64,000 bases of DNA. Origin: Thermococcus sp. JdFR-02. GTDB taxonomy: Archaea > Methanobacteriota_B > Thermococci > Thermococcales > Thermococcaceae. The stretch spans positions 64,001 through 128,000 of the forward strand of contig MTLP01000042.1 in the NCBI GenBank assembly GCA_002009975.1. Reading direction: 5' to 3'. Below the pieces are notes generated by a model, which was given only the letters and a program-made list of their open reading frames with translations, was not told the origin of the DNA and searched no databases. The translations under genes were made by a program, and so were the position numbers. Shown one piece after another: positions 10,992-20,982 of this stretch; the stretch's first letter is position 1; each line of letters begins with the position of its first letter.

Positions 10992-11867
10992 ATGAGATGC
11001 TTAATTTTAGGTCATCTAACACGGGATATAATCATAAAAGACAACATGACCCAGGAAAAAATAGGTGGAGGAGCATATTATTCGGCATTAGCACTCTCAA
11101 AATTTTGCGACGTCGTGATCGTCACTAAAATTGGTAGGGATTTCCCAAAGGAGTGGATTGAAAAGCTTGAAGATAGGGGAATTAACGTGATCTATAAGTT
11201 CTCAAATAATACCACTACTTATGAACTGAGATATATAGATGAAAATACTAGGAGTCTAAGATTATTAAAAAGAGCAGACGAGCTAGGTTTTGAAGAGTTA
11301 CCTAGTGACAAATTTGATATAATTCTGGTTAACCCAGTAGCTGGTGAAATTTCAACAAAGATGCTTCAATCTTTAAAGAAACACTACTTAGCTGTAGATC
11401 TGCAAGGATTTGTAAGAGATTTTGACGAAGAGGTGCATCTAAAACAAATAAATGGGGAATTTCTGAGAGGAGTTAAAATACTTCATGCAGATAAAAATGA
11501 AGCTCAGTGTTTGGGAAATTCAAAAAATGCCCTTAATTTGCTCAAAAACTCGGTCGAGATAGCGTTGATTTCCAATGGTAAGGAAGAGGGTGTTGCACTT
11601 TATAAAGGAAGCTTTTATAGATTCGTACCCTTAGATATGAAAATCAAAGAAGCAACAGGTGCAGGAGACACTTTTTTAGCGTCATTTAGCTACTTTTATA
11701 AGAAATACACATTTGAAGAAGCATTAAAAATGGCAAACGCTTTTACTGTCATCTTCTTGTCCCTCAGAAATTACGATTTTTCTATTAGAGAGGTTATGAA
11801 AAAAGCTAAATTGGTTGAGGTTAAGAAAATTTCAAGTGATGAAGAGATTAATGGCTTGTTGGGGTGA
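10992..11867 (+). CDS. PfkB/ribokinase-family kinase, probable myo-inositol 3-kinase
   Basis: GGGAYYSALAL, NPVA.E, D.QGF.R, TGAGD; resembles T. kodakarensis TK2285 as recalled and has the same Nudix neighbour. Confidence 0.75.
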   Translation: MRCLILGHLTRDIIIKDNMTQEKIGGGAYYSALALSKFCDVVIVTKIGRDFPKEWIEKLEDRGINVIYKFSNNTTTYELRYIDENTRSLRLLKRADELGFEELPSDKFDIILVNPVAGEISTKMLQSLKKHYLAVDLQGFVRDFDEEVHLKQINGEFLRGVKILHADKNEAQCLGNSKNALNLLKNSVEIALISNGKEEGVALYKGSFYRFVPLDMKIKEATGAGDTFLASFSYFYKKYTFEEALKMANAFTVIFLSLRNYDFSIREVMKKAKLVEVKKISSDEEINGLLG

Positions 11868-11871
11868 AAGC

Positions 11872-12408
11872 ATGGATAGATATGTTTTGCTGATAAAAGC
11901 ACCAAAGGACTTTGATGCAGAACCGTTAAAAGAGGAACTAATTGAGCTTATTTCTTCTAAATATCCAAATCTTAAAGTTGAGATGTACAAATGTATTGCC
12001 CTGACTGTTGATCTGGTGATTCTCTATAACAATGGTGTTGTGCTTATTAAAAGAGGAAATGAACCTTACAAAGATTGTTGGGCTTTGCCTGGTGGGTTTG
12101 TTGAATATGGTGAGAGAGTTGAAGAAGCCGCAATTAGAGAAGGAAAAGAAGAAACAGGACTAAACATTGAGCTAATAAAATTAATTGGAGTTTATAGCGA
12201 CCCAAATAGAGATCCAAGGGGGCATACTGTTACAGCGGCATTTTTGGCAAAAGGAGAAGGAAAACTAAAAGGCGGGGACGATGCTAAGGAAGCTAAGGTT
12301 TTCAAATTTGAAGAGCTAAAACACATTAGATTAGCCTTTGATCACGAAAAAATCATTGAAGATGCTCTTAAAATCATGAAAGAACTTCAAGAGAGGGGAG
12401 AGCTATGA
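11872..12408 (+). CDS. Nudix hydrolase, ADP-ribose pyrophosphatase-like
   Basis: Nudix box GGFVEYGERVEEAAIREGKEETG, RDPRGH, LAFDH. Confidence 0.88.
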   Translation: MDRYVLLIKAPKDFDAEPLKEELIELISSKYPNLKVEMYKCIALTVDLVILYNNGVVLIKRGNEPYKDCWALPGGFVEYGERVEEAAIREGKEETGLNIELIKLIGVYSDPNRDPRGHTVTAAFLAKGEGKLKGGDDAKEAKVFKFEELKHIRLAFDHEKIIEDALKIMKELQERGEL

Positions 12409-12758
12409 TAGAAGGTGTTAGATTTGGAGAGATTATTGTGAATGGACAAAAATATGAGCACGACATTGTAATTTATCCCTCAGGGAAGATTGAGAAGAGG
12501 AAAAAGTGGGTTTCAAAGCAAAAACATGGAACCAGTCATAAGTTCGATAAAGAAGAGCTAAAAGAATATTTAAGTGAGGAGTTTGATGTTTTAGTTGTTG
12601 GAACTGGAATTTATGGGGTGCTGAGCCTTTTACCAGAAAGCAGAGAACTTGTGAAGGAAAAGGAGATTATAGAGAAGCCAACTCCAGAAGCTGTAAAAAT
12701 CTTTAATGAGCTAAAAGATAAAAAGAGAATTTTGGGAATTTTTCACATCACTTGTTAG
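12405..12758 (+). CDS. Mth938-like (DUF498) protein
   Basis: FG.I.VNG..Y..D, VVGTG, T.EA...FN, C-terminal H.TC. Confidence 0.88.
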   Translation: MIEGVRFGEIIVNGQKYEHDIVIYPSGKIEKRKKWVSKQKHGTSHKFDKEELKEYLSEEFDVLVVGTGIYGVLSLLPESRELVKEKEIIEKPTPEAVKIFNELKDKKRILGIFHITC

Positions 12759-14251
12759 CCTTTTATCTTTTTGAGCATCAAGAAAAGTGATAGCAGAGCA
12801 ATTGCATAGCTTATTGCCAATCCTTTTGGTGCATTAATTATGAAAGCTGGAATACCTATAAATGCTAACAGGACACTATTGACCAAAAATAAGGCAAGAA
12901 CCTCTCCAAAGTTTATTTCTGGAATTCCAATTTCTTTTCCCTTATAGCGGAACAGGAGTAACATTGTAAGGAGAGAAACATTCAATGGCAAGAGAACCAC
13001 GTAAGGAATCAGATATAAAGTAGCAGAGTCAAAGTAAGTGCCTAAACCAAGAATTAAACTTGCTAAAATCATTGGAATTAAGCTCATTGAGAATGCTTTG
13101 CTTAAAATAAATTGACCTTTTGAAATTGGCAAAGTCCTTAGAAAATCCATTTCTTTTCCTTCAACCTTTAAGATTGCATCAGCACCACTTGTTGAAAAGA
13201 GACCAATGAGAAAAAGCAGACCAAACACCTGTTCTTTGGAAAGGTTTCCGCTTCTCAATGCTATAAACAATTGGGGGAATACAAAATAGATTGGAACTAA
13301 AAATCCAGTGAGCATTGAAGTTTTTCTAAATATTACCCTTAAATCCTTCAAAGTAAGGGCAAAAATAGTGCCACCAAAACTTGATTTAAAACCTTCAGCT
13401 TTTCCTTTTTCTGAAGTTATTTTTGGTTCCAAAATTTCTTTCCAAACTTTACTTATGGAAAAGTAGTACAAAATAGAAATGCCAATGAAATAACCAGTTA
13501 AAAATACCAAACTCTTGGAAGGCTCAAATATTGATGCAACAGAGAAAGGATAAGCAACAATGTACTTCCCAAAAAAGCTTGCAAACTTTTCACTGTTTTT
13601 GCTTATATACTCCTGAAGATAGCTTAGAGCGTAAAACATGCTCATAAAGGCAAATAGCCCAAGAATTTTAAACAAGTTCTTCAACATCTGTCCTCTTGTT
13701 TTCCTATGGGCTATTCTTAAGCCAAATAGTGAAAAGATCAATAATCCAATGCTATGACCAGCTAAAATTCCAACCAAAACCCACAGCAAAAACAATAATC
13801 CATTTATAGGGAACTTAATGAGCAAAACAATTGCACTTGGAAGCACTATTGAGAGAGAAACGGAGATATCAATGAGCAAAAGCTCGCTTAAGTACAAGGC
13901 TCCAACTCTTATTGGAAGAGATTTCAATGGTTCAAAAAGTCCCAATGAAACGACATAGGATGACTGAACAGCAGTAACATAAAGGGAAAAAATGAATGGA
14001 ACTAAGGCTAAAGAAACGGCTAACGAAGATATTACAATCTTATTATCTGAGAGAATTATACCTGAAGCCATGAAAATTCCAAAAAATATGAAGGCTAAGG
14101 ATTGAAGTGCCAAATTTCGCTTAATGCTTAAAGCATTCTTTAACTGCTTCTTAAAGCGTTTTTCATCATTTGCAACTAAAGGATTTCTTTTAACAATTTG
14201 ATAATGCAGTTCTCTGTAAAGGATTCTCACTATTTCAAACAACCTTCTCAC
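12755..14251 (-). CDS. ABC exporter permease
   Basis: Many TM helices, two LPI repeats; directly downstream of an ABC ATPase. Confidence 0.8.
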   Translation of the reverse strand: MRRLFEIVRILYRELHYQIVKRNPLVANDEKRFKKQLKNALSIKRNLALQSLAFIFFGIFMASGIILSDNKIVISSLAVSLALVPFIFSLYVTAVQSSYVVSLGLFEPLKSLPIRVGALYLSELLLIDISVSLSIVLPSAIVLLIKFPINGLLFLLWVLVGILAGHSIGLLIFSLFGLRIAHRKTRGQMLKNLFKILGLFAFMSMFYALSYLQEYISKNSEKFASFFGKYIVAYPFSVASIFEPSKSLVFLTGYFIGISILYYFSISKVWKEILEPKITSEKGKAEGFKSSFGGTIFALTLKDLRVIFRKTSMLTGFLVPIYFVFPQLFIALRSGNLSKEQVFGLLFLIGLFSTSGADAILKVEGKEMDFLRTLPISKGQFILSKAFSMSLIPMILASLILGLGTYFDSATLYLIPYVVLLPLNVSLLTMLLLFRYKGKEIGIPEINFGEVLALFLVNSVLLAFIGIPAFIINAPKGLAISYAIALLSLFLMLKKIKG

Positions 14252-15013
14252 CTAAAGGGCTTCTTTTAATGCCTGAACTACAGTCAAAATTTCATCTTTA
14301 CTCTCTGTCAGCTTCAAAAAGACATCTTCAAGGTTTTCTTCATGGGCTTTCTCTTTAAGCTCTTCTATAGTTCCCTCAGCAATGATCTTCCCTTGATAAA
14401 TAACCCCAATTCTGTCACAGATCATCTCCGCTAATGGTAAAACGTGGGTCGAAAAAAGTATGCTTTTCCCTTCTTTTTTAAATTCAAGCAAAAGCTCCCT
14501 CAAAATTCTCGCGCTCTTTGGATCTAAGCCATTCATCGCTTCATCTAAAATCAAAACTTTGGGGTCGTGAAGTAAAGCGGTGATTAAAGAAACTTTCTGT
14601 TGAGTTCCAAAGCTTAAGGTTCCTATAAACTGATCCAAGTATTCCTCAACTCCAAAAGCTTTAACAAAGTAATTAACCCTTTCCTCAAGCTCTTCTCTTG
14701 GAAGCTTTCTTATTTTACCTACCAGGTCAAAAAGCTCACTTGGGGTTAAGCTTTCATAGAGAGTGGGTGTTTCGGGGACGTAGCCAACTATCTCCTTAAC
14801 TTTTATTGGGTCTTTGACCACTTCAACACCTTCAATTAAAGCTCGTCCTTTCGTAGGCTTTAAAATACCAGCAAGGATCTTCATTGTAGTGCTTTTTCCG
14901 CTCCCATTTGGGCCAAGAAGTCCATAAATTTCACCGTCATGAACGGTGAAGCTTATCCCATTAACAGCAATGTTATTTCCAAAGACTTTGTAAAGCTCAT
15001 GAACTTCAATCAT
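14252..15013 (-). CDS. ABC transporter ATP-binding protein
   Basis: GPNGSGKST, LSFG signature, ILDE, H-loop. Confidence 0.93.
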   Translation of the reverse strand: MIEVHELYKVFGNNIAVNGISFTVHDGEIYGLLGPNGSGKSTTMKILAGILKPTKGRALIEGVEVVKDPIKVKEIVGYVPETPTLYESLTPSELFDLVGKIRKLPREELEERVNYFVKAFGVEEYLDQFIGTLSFGTQQKVSLITALLHDPKVLILDEAMNGLDPKSARILRELLLEFKKEGKSILFSTHVLPLAEMICDRIGVIYQGKIIAEGTIEELKEKAHEENLEDVFLKLTESKDEILTVVQALKEAL

Positions 15014-15100
15014 TCAACTCACCTAAGTTAAAAGAAGAAACACTTTACTTAATAAAGATTTTGGGAGATATTTATAACTTGTGAATGCATATCCTAACAT

Positions 15101-16615
15101 ATGAGAATTCTCCTTGTCACCGGTCGCTTGGCAGAACCTTTAGTTAAAAAATATGGAAAAGGTTGCGATGTGTTTGTGACTCCAGTTAGTGTGGCGGCTT
15201 TTCTAACACCTGAACTTATCGTGCGTTATTTAAAAAAAGCCAATGTTAAAGGCTACGATTTAATTTTAATCCCCGGTCTCGTTAGGGGCTCAGCCCAGGA
15301 GATAGAGGACAAAATAGGAATTCCAGCATTCAAAGGTCCTCGCTATGCTCATGATTTGCCCCAGGTTTTAAAAGCGATTAGAGAGGGTTTTAAGCTTAGC
15401 AAAGAAGTTCCAGCAGATTTGCTCTTTCAAGAAGATGCTCTTAAAAAAGTTGAAGACATCAAGAATAAAACAAAAAATAAAAATTACATTATGAAAGCTC
15501 TCAAAAAGCCATACAATTTCCTTGTTAGAGATTTACCTGTTGGCTTTGACTTCCCACATAGAATCTTAGCCGAAATAGTTGATGCTCCAAGGCTTAGTAT
15601 TAACGAAATAGTGGAGAGAGCAATTTACTACATTAAAAGTGGTTCTGACATCATAGATTTAGGGATGATTAGTGGAGAAACAAATTTAGCATTTACTGAA
15701 AAGATTCCTGAAATAAGAGAAAAGCTTAAAGAAGAGGGATTTGATGTTCCAATAAGCTTTGATTCATTCAATGAGCGTGAAATAGAAAATGCGTTAGATT
15801 TTGCCGATCTATTTTTGAGTCTTGATGAAGGCAATATTGAAGCTCTTGTAACTGAAAAACCAGTTGTTTTAATTCCAACCAACCAAAGAAAGGGTTATTT
15901 TTTAACAAACCCAAAAGAAAGAGTAGAATTTTTGGAAAAGCTCAAAGAAAGGGCTTTGGATTTAGGATACAATAAAATAATCCTTGACCTAATTCTTGAG
16001 CATGTTCCTAATTTAGCACGTTCAATAACTGCTTTTCAACTCTATAGAGAGAGAAATCCAAATGATGTTCTTTTGGCTGGAGTTGGAAACGTTGTTGAGT
16101 TAATAGATGCTGATAGTATTGGGATTAACGCTCTATTAGCCGGAGCTGCAAAAGAGCTTAATATTTCGCTTTTGCTGACAACCGAGGTAAGTCCAAAATG
16201 TAAGGGAGCGGTAAAGGAACTTAGAAGGGCTTTGGACATGATGCTCTTTGAGATGCCGAAAGATTTAGGTTTTGATTTGCTCATTTTGAAAGAGAAGAAG
16301 AGTGAAAGTGTTGAGTATAAAGTTAGATCACCGATAGCTGAGGCAAAAGAAAGAGGAGTGGAACTTGAAGACCTTTACTTCAGAATCTTTACAAAAGAGG
16401 AAAAAATTTGGGTAATTGCTCATAAAGGTACGGAACAGCTTTTAACTATTGTTGGGGAAGAGCCTAATGCAATAATAGACACAATTTTAGAGCACTTTGA
16501 GATTTCACCAAGACATGCTTTTTATTTGGGAAGAGAACTGGAGAGAGCAAAAACTGCTTTAAAGCTTAAGCGCTCATACACTCAAGAGGTTGAGCTTTTC
16601 AAGGAGTTTTATTGA
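15101..16615 (+). CDS. Dihydropteroate synthase-like protein with C-terminal DUF4346-like domain
   Basis: LVTG.LA, ILAEIVDA, IIDLG, G.GNV.EL.DADS.G.N, HA.YLGREL. Confidence 0.85.
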   Translation: MRILLVTGRLAEPLVKKYGKGCDVFVTPVSVAAFLTPELIVRYLKKANVKGYDLILIPGLVRGSAQEIEDKIGIPAFKGPRYAHDLPQVLKAIREGFKLSKEVPADLLFQEDALKKVEDIKNKTKNKNYIMKALKKPYNFLVRDLPVGFDFPHRILAEIVDAPRLSINEIVERAIYYIKSGSDIIDLGMISGETNLAFTEKIPEIREKLKEEGFDVPISFDSFNEREIENALDFADLFLSLDEGNIEALVTEKPVVLIPTNQRKGYFLTNPKERVEFLEKLKERALDLGYNKIILDLILEHVPNLARSITAFQLYRERNPNDVLLAGVGNVVELIDADSIGINALLAGAAKELNISLLLTTEVSPKCKGAVKELRRALDMMLFEMPKDLGFDLLILKEKKSESVEYKVRSPIAEAKERGVELEDLYFRIFTKEEKIWVIAHKGTEQLLTIVGEEPNAIIDTILEHFEISPRHAFYLGRELERAKTALKLKRSYTQEVELFKEFY

Positions 16616-16622
16616 ATGGTTT

Positions 16623-16642
16623 AATTACATAATTATGCAATT
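16623..16642. repeat. 20-bp intergenic palindrome, copy 1
   Basis: AATTACATAATTATGCAATT; 18/20 identical to 43544-43563. Confidence 0.6.
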
Positions 16643-16678
16643 ATTTAATTAAATTAAAATTCATGGTGGTGGGAAAGT

Positions 16679-17986
16679 ATGAGAGTAGTTTTGATTGATG
16701 GAGAGCATTACGTAGATGTTAACAAGTGGGCTATCAAAAAGCTCGGCAATGTTTGTTGTGCAATATTTATAGGGGGAACAGAGAAAATAGGAGACTTTAA
16801 AGAGGTAGAGAGGAAACTCGGTGTTCCCGTTTATTTTGGAGAGAATTACCTAAGAGTAATTGAAGAGATTGTCCAAAGATATGCTGTTGAAGAAGTCGTT
16901 GATTTAAGTGATGAGCCTATAGTAAATTATGAAGATCGCTTTAGAATTGCAAATTTGCTCATGAAATATGGTGTTACCTACAGAGGTGCCGACTTTGAGT
17001 TTAAACCTAAAAAGATGAGGAAACTTTTGAATAAACCAAGTATAGCGATAATTGGCACTGGAAAGAGAGTAGGAAAAACGGCAATTAGCGGTTTTGTTGC
17101 TAGAACTCTAAAAGAAGTTTGCGACTTAGTGATAATCACTATGGGGAGGGGAGGTCCAGAAAAGCCTGAGATTGTTGAGGGTGATAAGTTTGAAATAACC
17201 CCAGAATTTTTGCTCAAAATAGCTGAAAAAGGAAAGCATGCCTCATCGGACCATTTTGAAGATGCTCTAACTTCTAGAGTTTTAACAATTGGATGCAGAA
17301 GATGTGGAGGGGGAATGGCAGGCTTTAGCTTTTTTGATATCGTTGAGGAGGGAGTAAAGATAGCGAATAAGTTAGACAAAGACTTGGTGATTTTGGAGGG
17401 AAGTGGAGCAACTTTTCCCGCTGTTAAAGCTGATAAATATATAACAGTTGTTGGAGCTAATCAAAAGCTTGAATTCATTAGAGGTTACTTTGGACCTTTT
17501 AGAATTGGCTTAGCAGATTTGGTTGTAGTTACAATGGCGGAAGAACCTATGGCTAGTGAAGAGAAGGTTAGCAAAGTTAAGAAAGCAATCAGAGAGATTA
17601 ATCCTAATGCAGGCATTCACACAACTATTTTTAGACCAAGACCTTTAGGAGATATCAAAGGAAAAAGGATAGCCCTGATAATGACAGCTCAAAAAGAGGC
17701 TGTTGAAAAGGTTGCAAAATATCTAGAAGAAACTTACAATGTTGAGATAGTTGGAACAAGTTCGCATTTAGCAAATAGACCAAAACTGAGGGAAGATTTA
17801 AAGCGCTTTAAAAATTATGATGCCGTTTTAGTCGAGTTAAAGGCTGCTGCTGTTGATGTCGTGACAAAGGAAGCTTTGAATCAAGGAAAAGAAATAGTCT
17901 ACATGGACAATGAGCCAATTAACGTTGATGGGAAAGATTTGGGGAAAGCCGTGATAAGGCTTTGGGAGGAGTTGAAGCAACCTTAA
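16679..17986 (+). CDS. cpgS: Cyclic 2,3-diphosphoglycerate synthetase
   Basis: LIDGEHY, DLSDEP, GTGKRVGKT, MGRGGP, HASSDHFEDA, GCRRCGGG. Confidence 0.92.
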   Translation: MRVVLIDGEHYVDVNKWAIKKLGNVCCAIFIGGTEKIGDFKEVERKLGVPVYFGENYLRVIEEIVQRYAVEEVVDLSDEPIVNYEDRFRIANLLMKYGVTYRGADFEFKPKKMRKLLNKPSIAIIGTGKRVGKTAISGFVARTLKEVCDLVIITMGRGGPEKPEIVEGDKFEITPEFLLKIAEKGKHASSDHFEDALTSRVLTIGCRRCGGGMAGFSFFDIVEEGVKIANKLDKDLVILEGSGATFPAVKADKYITVVGANQKLEFIRGYFGPFRIGLADLVVVTMAEEPMASEEKVSKVKKAIREINPNAGIHTTIFRPRPLGDIKGKRIALIMTAQKEAVEKVAKYLEETYNVEIVGTSSHLANRPKLREDLKRFKNYDAVLVELKAAAVDVVTKEALNQGKEIVYMDNEPINVDGKDLGKAVIRLWEELKQP

Positions 17987-18026
17987 ACTTTTAAGCTCTT
18001 TTCTCAACTTTCCTCTTGGTGGTCAA

Positions 18027-18791
18027 ATGATAGATTCACATGCTCATTTGGAATTCTTTAAGGAGGAAGAGAGAAAGGCAATTTTAGAGAGATGCAAAGA
18101 AGAAAGGGTTAAAGCTATTGTTGATTCGATAAGTGAATATAGAAAAAAGCATGTTTGGAAAAGTTGGAATATTTTAAGCCCTTATTTTGACTATGTTTAC
18201 CCTACAGTTGGATTTCATCCAAATGAAGCAAGAAGAGGAAACTGGGAAAAAGTCAAGAAAGTTGAAGAATTCATCCTTAAGCATAGGGATGAAATATTAG
18301 CCGTTGGGGAGATTGGCTTAGACTTTCATTATGCTAAAAGTGAGAAAGAGCGAGAAAATCAGAGAGCAATTTTTGAACATTTCTTAGACTTAGCTGTTGA
18401 ACTTAATTTGCCAGTTGTAATTCATGCAAGGAAAAGCGAGAGAGAAGTCTATGAGTTAGTTCAGAAGAAAGGAGTTTTGGGAATTTTCCATTCCTATGCT
18501 GGAGATGTTGATCTGGCAAAGGAAATACTCGAAAATGGTCACTACATTGGAATTAACACTGGGATAGTGTTTATCCCTGAGGTCTATGAAGTTGCAAAGG
18601 CTGTGGAGTTGGATAACATTTTAGTTGAGACAGATGCCCCATATATGAGCCCAGTTAAAGGAGAAAAGAACATTCCTTGTTATGTAAGAGTAGCAATTGA
18701 AAAGATTGCAAAATTAAAGGGGATCAGCTTTGAGGAAGTTGAGGAAATAACTGAAAGAAACACAATTAAGGCTTTTAACTTAAAAATTTGA
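18027..18791 (+). CDS. tatD: TatD-family nuclease
   Basis: DSHAH, GEIGLD, IHAR, FHSY, ETDAP. Confidence 0.9.
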   Translation: MIDSHAHLEFFKEEERKAILERCKEERVKAIVDSISEYRKKHVWKSWNILSPYFDYVYPTVGFHPNEARRGNWEKVKKVEEFILKHRDEILAVGEIGLDFHYAKSEKERENQRAIFEHFLDLAVELNLPVVIHARKSEREVYELVQKKGVLGIFHSYAGDVDLAKEILENGHYIGINTGIVFIPEVYEVAKAVELDNILVETDAPYMSPVKGEKNIPCYVRVAIEKIAKLKGISFEEVEEITERNTIKAFNLKI

Positions 18792-18801
18792 GGTGGTAAA
18801 T

Positions 18802-19101
18802 ATGAAAGCTCTTGAAATCTTAGAGAATTTAAAGAAGCTCTGTGAAGAGCTTAATGAAGGTGCTTTAATCCAAAGGATTGACAGTTTTATAAAGCTCAAT
18901 GAGGGTTTAGAAACCAAGAAGGGCAAAGAATTTATTGAAGTCTCACTTTTAGGCTTTGCAGAAGGGATTTTAACAACCCTTAAAACCAAATATAAGAATG
19001 AGAAAATTTCAGAGCTTTTAGAGGAAACTAAAAAAGCCAGAGAAGAGCTTGAACAGAAGTTCAGAAGGGCAAAGATCCCTTATTTCGAAGGGCAAACTTA
19101 A
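18802..19101 (+). CDS. Conserved Thermococcales helical protein (DUF3216-like)
   Basis: IDSF..LN.GLE.KKG.EFI.VS.LGF.EGIL pattern. Confidence 0.65.
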   Translation: MKALEILENLKKLCEELNEGALIQRIDSFIKLNEGLETKKGKEFIEVSLLGFAEGILTTLKTKYKNEKISELLEETKKAREELEQKFRRAKIPYFEGQT

Positions 19102-19123
19102 AAAGAACTTAAGAGATATTACT

Positions 19124-19186
19124 ACAGGTGATGAGCTTCCTACGGACTGAGCCTTGGCAATGAAGAATACAGCCAGGGCTGAGTTC
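19124..19186 (+). ncRNA. Box C/D guide sRNA
   Basis: C GTGATGA (19128), 12-nt guide GCTTCCTACGGA, D' CTGA (19147), C' ATGAAGA (19160), 12-nt guide ATACAGCCAGGG, D CTGA (19179). Confidence 0.92.
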
Positions 19187-20250
19187 TAAATCTTCTCTAA
19201 AATCTTTGGAACTTCTTCTGGCTCTAAAGCACTTTCAACTATGTAGCCTTTGTCAATTAAAATTTTATTGTAGAGTTTTTGTCTTTTCCAGCCATCTAAA
19301 GTCAAATCTCCATAGAACATCACTTCAGGGAGGATTATTAAACCTAAATCAACCTCTGGGAGTTTTTTAACTTCCCTCAATACATCCCGAGCCGTTAATA
19401 AACCAGCACTCCCAATATTTCCACCAAAGAACTCATTTTTAACCCTCACCACATTAAGCTTTGGAAAAAGCCTTTTAATTTCCGGATAAGCAAATTCACC
19501 AGTAAATATATAGGTTGGGAGTTCACATTCGACATCAAAGGGTTCTAATCTCGCAGTAAACTCTCCTAAAAGGGCTTGAAAAATTGGAGGGATAACGATC
19601 TTTATGCTAAGCTCTTTCTGCTTTTCCAAGGCAACTTTCTTAACAAACAAAAGCTCTTCTCTCCTTAAGGGTCTAATCTTGGACCATTTGGTAACTCCAA
19701 CAGGGAAGAGTCTAACTTCATGAACTCCAAGGTTATCTAAATCATCTAAAATCTCTCCAATATCATTGACGTTATATCCAGGAGTTAGGATTATATCGGC
19801 AATCATTCTAAAATGCTCCACTATTATTGGGATTAAATCTACAAGCTTTCCAGCATTTCTGTTGTTCATTAACCTCATTCTGACCTCTTTTTTAGTTGTA
19901 TGTAGGGAGATTTGAATTTCATCTAAACCAGCCTTATAGAGTGATCTTATTCTCTCCTCATTAAAGCGAACGTTTCCACTTGTATCTGTTACTCTAATCC
20001 ACAGATCAAAGTGTTCCCTCGCATAAGCTATTCTCTTTTCAATTTCTGGATCATTTAAAGTGTCATGCTTACTTGCCTTAAACACGATTTGGGGTGGATT
20101 TTGAGTTAGATAGCAGAAAACACAGTCATTGGCACAAGAACCAGCTTTCGAAGAAGGGGGGATAATTAATAAATCCTCCCTCTCATCTGTCATATCCAAC
20201 TCGTATTTTGTGATTTTTCTGAGTTTATAATCTTCAGTGAGCTCATACAT
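19186..20250 (-). CDS. Radical-SAM-like Fe-S protein with DUF512 domain
   Basis: CANDCVFC motif; C-terminal V.NEFFGG.I..AGLLT..D. Confidence 0.82.
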   Translation of the reverse strand: MYELTEDYKLRKITKYELDMTDEREDLLIIPPSSKAGSCANDCVFCYLTQNPPQIVFKASKHDTLNDPEIEKRIAYAREHFDLWIRVTDTSGNVRFNEERIRSLYKAGLDEIQISLHTTKKEVRMRLMNNRNAGKLVDLIPIIVEHFRMIADIILTPGYNVNDIGEILDDLDNLGVHEVRLFPVGVTKWSKIRPLRREELLFVKKVALEKQKELSIKIVIPPIFQALLGEFTARLEPFDVECELPTYIFTGEFAYPEIKRLFPKLNVVRVKNEFFGGNIGSAGLLTARDVLREVKKLPEVDLGLIILPEVMFYGDLTLDGWKRQKLYNKILIDKGYIVESALEPEEVPKILEKI

Positions 20251-20355
20251 ATCAGAACTGACGCATTAAACGACTAAAAGGATTTTCATGGATAAAATGT
20301 CCACTTTCAAAAAAGCAAAAAAGAATGAATGCAAAAATAAATCTGGGAGATAAGA

Positions 20356-20487
20356 ATGAGGAAACCTACTAAGCCTTTGAATTTTGAGTTTGTCTGCCCC
20401 TTCTGTGGATATAGAGCAAAAGATATGGAAGAGCTTAAGAGACATATCTTAGAAAAACACACCCTAAAAATGGATAAAAAACACTAA
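20356..20487 (+). CDS. 43-aa C2H2 zinc-finger microprotein
   Basis: Manual translation MRKPTKPLNFEFVCPFCGYRAKDMEELKRHILEKHTLKMDKKH; Cx2Cx12Hx4H; GGGAGA RBS; below ORF-track cutoff. Confidence 0.75.
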   Translation: MRKPTKPLNFEFVCPFCGYRAKDMEELKRHILEKHTLKMDKKH

Positions 20488-20558
20488 AGAGAGTTAACTT
20501 TTATTAACACCACCCAAAAAGTTAAATCCTTGCTCAACTTATAGCTTTTGGGTGAGAA

Positions 20559-20982
20559 CATGGAATACGAGTTAGGAAGAAGCTTTTTGCTAAGGGCTCC
20601 GGAAGATGCCGAGCTTGTGAGCTTTATAAACGAGTTTGCAGAAAAGAAAGGAATTAGAATGGGAATCTTCAATGTAATTGGTTCTCTGAAAAAAGCAAAA
20701 ATAGGATATTTTGATACAAATGAAGGGAAATACACGGTTATTGAGCTTAACGAGACCCACGAACTCATCGCAACAATGGGGAATATTAGCCTAAAGGATG
20801 GGAAGCCATTTGCTCACGTTCATGCAGTTCTTGGAGATGAAAAGGGAAATGCTAAAGGCGGTCATTTAGTTGAAGGGGTAATTTTTGTTGCTGAAATCTT
20901 TATCCAAGAGCTAATTGGCGAACCATTGGAAAGAAAACCTCAAGAGAGTGGCTTAGCTCTTTGGGATGAGGAAAGGACATAG
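20559..20982 (+). CDS. PPC/DUF296 domain protein
   Basis: GNIS...G.PFAHVH..LG, GGHL; ATG after GGTGAG (ORF track starts at 20548). Confidence 0.85.

Noticed and set aside
20289-20303. Imperfect palindrome TGGATA-AAA-TGTCCA in a divergent promoter
   Set aside because: One mismatch in 6-bp arms and single copy; cannot be distinguished from chance
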